This document shows positions 63,284 through 64,000 of a stretch of DNA of 64,000 nucleotides, piece by piece. Below the pieces are notes generated by a model that saw only the letters and a program-made list of their open reading frames with translations, searched no databases and was not told where the DNA came from. The translations under genes were made by a program, and so were the position numbers. How positions within the stretch are numbered: the first letter of the stretch is position 1; every line of letters begins with the position of its first letter. The stretch is from an uncultured Planctomycetota bacterium (lineage in GTDB: Bacteria; Planctomycetota; Planctomycetia; Isosphaerales; Isosphaeraceae): assembly GCA_963845755.1 (NCBI GenBank), contig CAWJTV010000028.1, forward strand, positions 381,814-445,813. The letters run 5' to 3'.

Positions 63284-63915
63284 TCGCCACTCGCACACGT
63301 CCCGGACCGCTTCAGGGTTGGCGGCGCGCTTCGACGAGCCGCACCCTTCCCGCGAGCGAGAAAGTACCGGTCGTCGATCGCATCCCCGGCCGCCCGTCGG
63401 CCGCCGAGCCCGGCCCTGACCTGCGCCGGCCGTGTCGCCCACAACGAATCAGGCCGAGCCGGCCGGATTCCCCACTGACTTCGCGAAGCCGAGTGGATGG
63501 AGTTTTTCGCTGGTTTCGACGGGTACACCGCGCCTCGATCGGGTTGCACCCGGGCCCTTTTCACTCGTTCAAGGCCCGGAGCACCGCGAAGATATCTATG
63601 CGGTTCGCCTGGTGCCGGAACCCCCAGCAGGCGGCAATCTCGCCAGCGGCTGGGGTTTCGGCCGCGCCGGAGGGAAGTGAACGGCGTTGATGCTCGCGCA
63701 TGCATCGTGGACCCTTAACCGGCCATATCTTCCGTCACGGGCGTTGCCGGTCTCGAAAAAGCGGTATTCGGGTTGCGCACTTCAGTGTGATCGACGAATG
63801 GGTGCGCCGCGGCTAAGGTTTGTCTGGTCTTGTCGGGAGTGCCCCGACCCCGCTGGAAGAAGGCGGGTCAAACGTTCCGCTGACCTTCAACCGAAAGGAT
63901 CGAGGGGACAACAGC

Positions 63916-64000
63916 ATGCGGAAGAAGCGACGTGAGGCCCAGCGTCAAAGGGCCGAGAGACGTTCGCAAGTTAGGCCACGCATGGGTAAGGCTGGATTGC
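63916..64000 (+). CDS. Start of a 3'-truncated ORF
   Basis: GAGGGG RBS, then ATG MRKKRREAQRQ..., open to the window end. Confidence 0.4.
   Translation, partial: MRKKRREAQRQRAERRSQVRPRMGKAGL

Overview
GC-rich bacterial DNA, most likely Planctomycetota (Isosphaeraceae-like). Evidence: a DUF1559 prepilin, a PVC-type heme CxxCH protein, a Minf_1886-family protein, an ECF sigma factor with a long C-terminal extension, and an LExRxLL-type secreted protein. About 20 genes are split by 1-2 nt indels, most likely long-read consensus errors, so split ORFs are joined below. Left to right: LRR and STAS genes; a GAF-PAS sigma54 activator flanked by two matching sigma54 promoter/UAS modules; a REP-like element; an ECF sigma factor; a large prenyltransferase-repeat/HEAT/CxxCH protein; a sigma70 factor with a two-component cluster; a putative copper locus; a BlaI/M56 pair; a phosphoesterase plus an unknown protein; conserved PVC genes; an insertion hotspot (IS1, IS1380-like, a matching MITE inside a serine hydrolase gene, IS4); and a GMC/ALDH/SDR oxidoreductase cluster. 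The best candidate for an undescribed system is 21.0-30.3 kb. It has a Cys-containing secreted leader ending in an ERPPR (RAPP-like) motif, a DUF1559 prepilin and three paralogous lipoproteins. Its CusB-like adaptor appears to lack the lipoyl and alpha-hairpin domains, its CusA carries a ~200 aa His-containing insert, and no outer-membrane channel gene is present. No rRNA, tRNA or CRISPR array was seen. All family calls come from reading motifs by eye; no searches were run.
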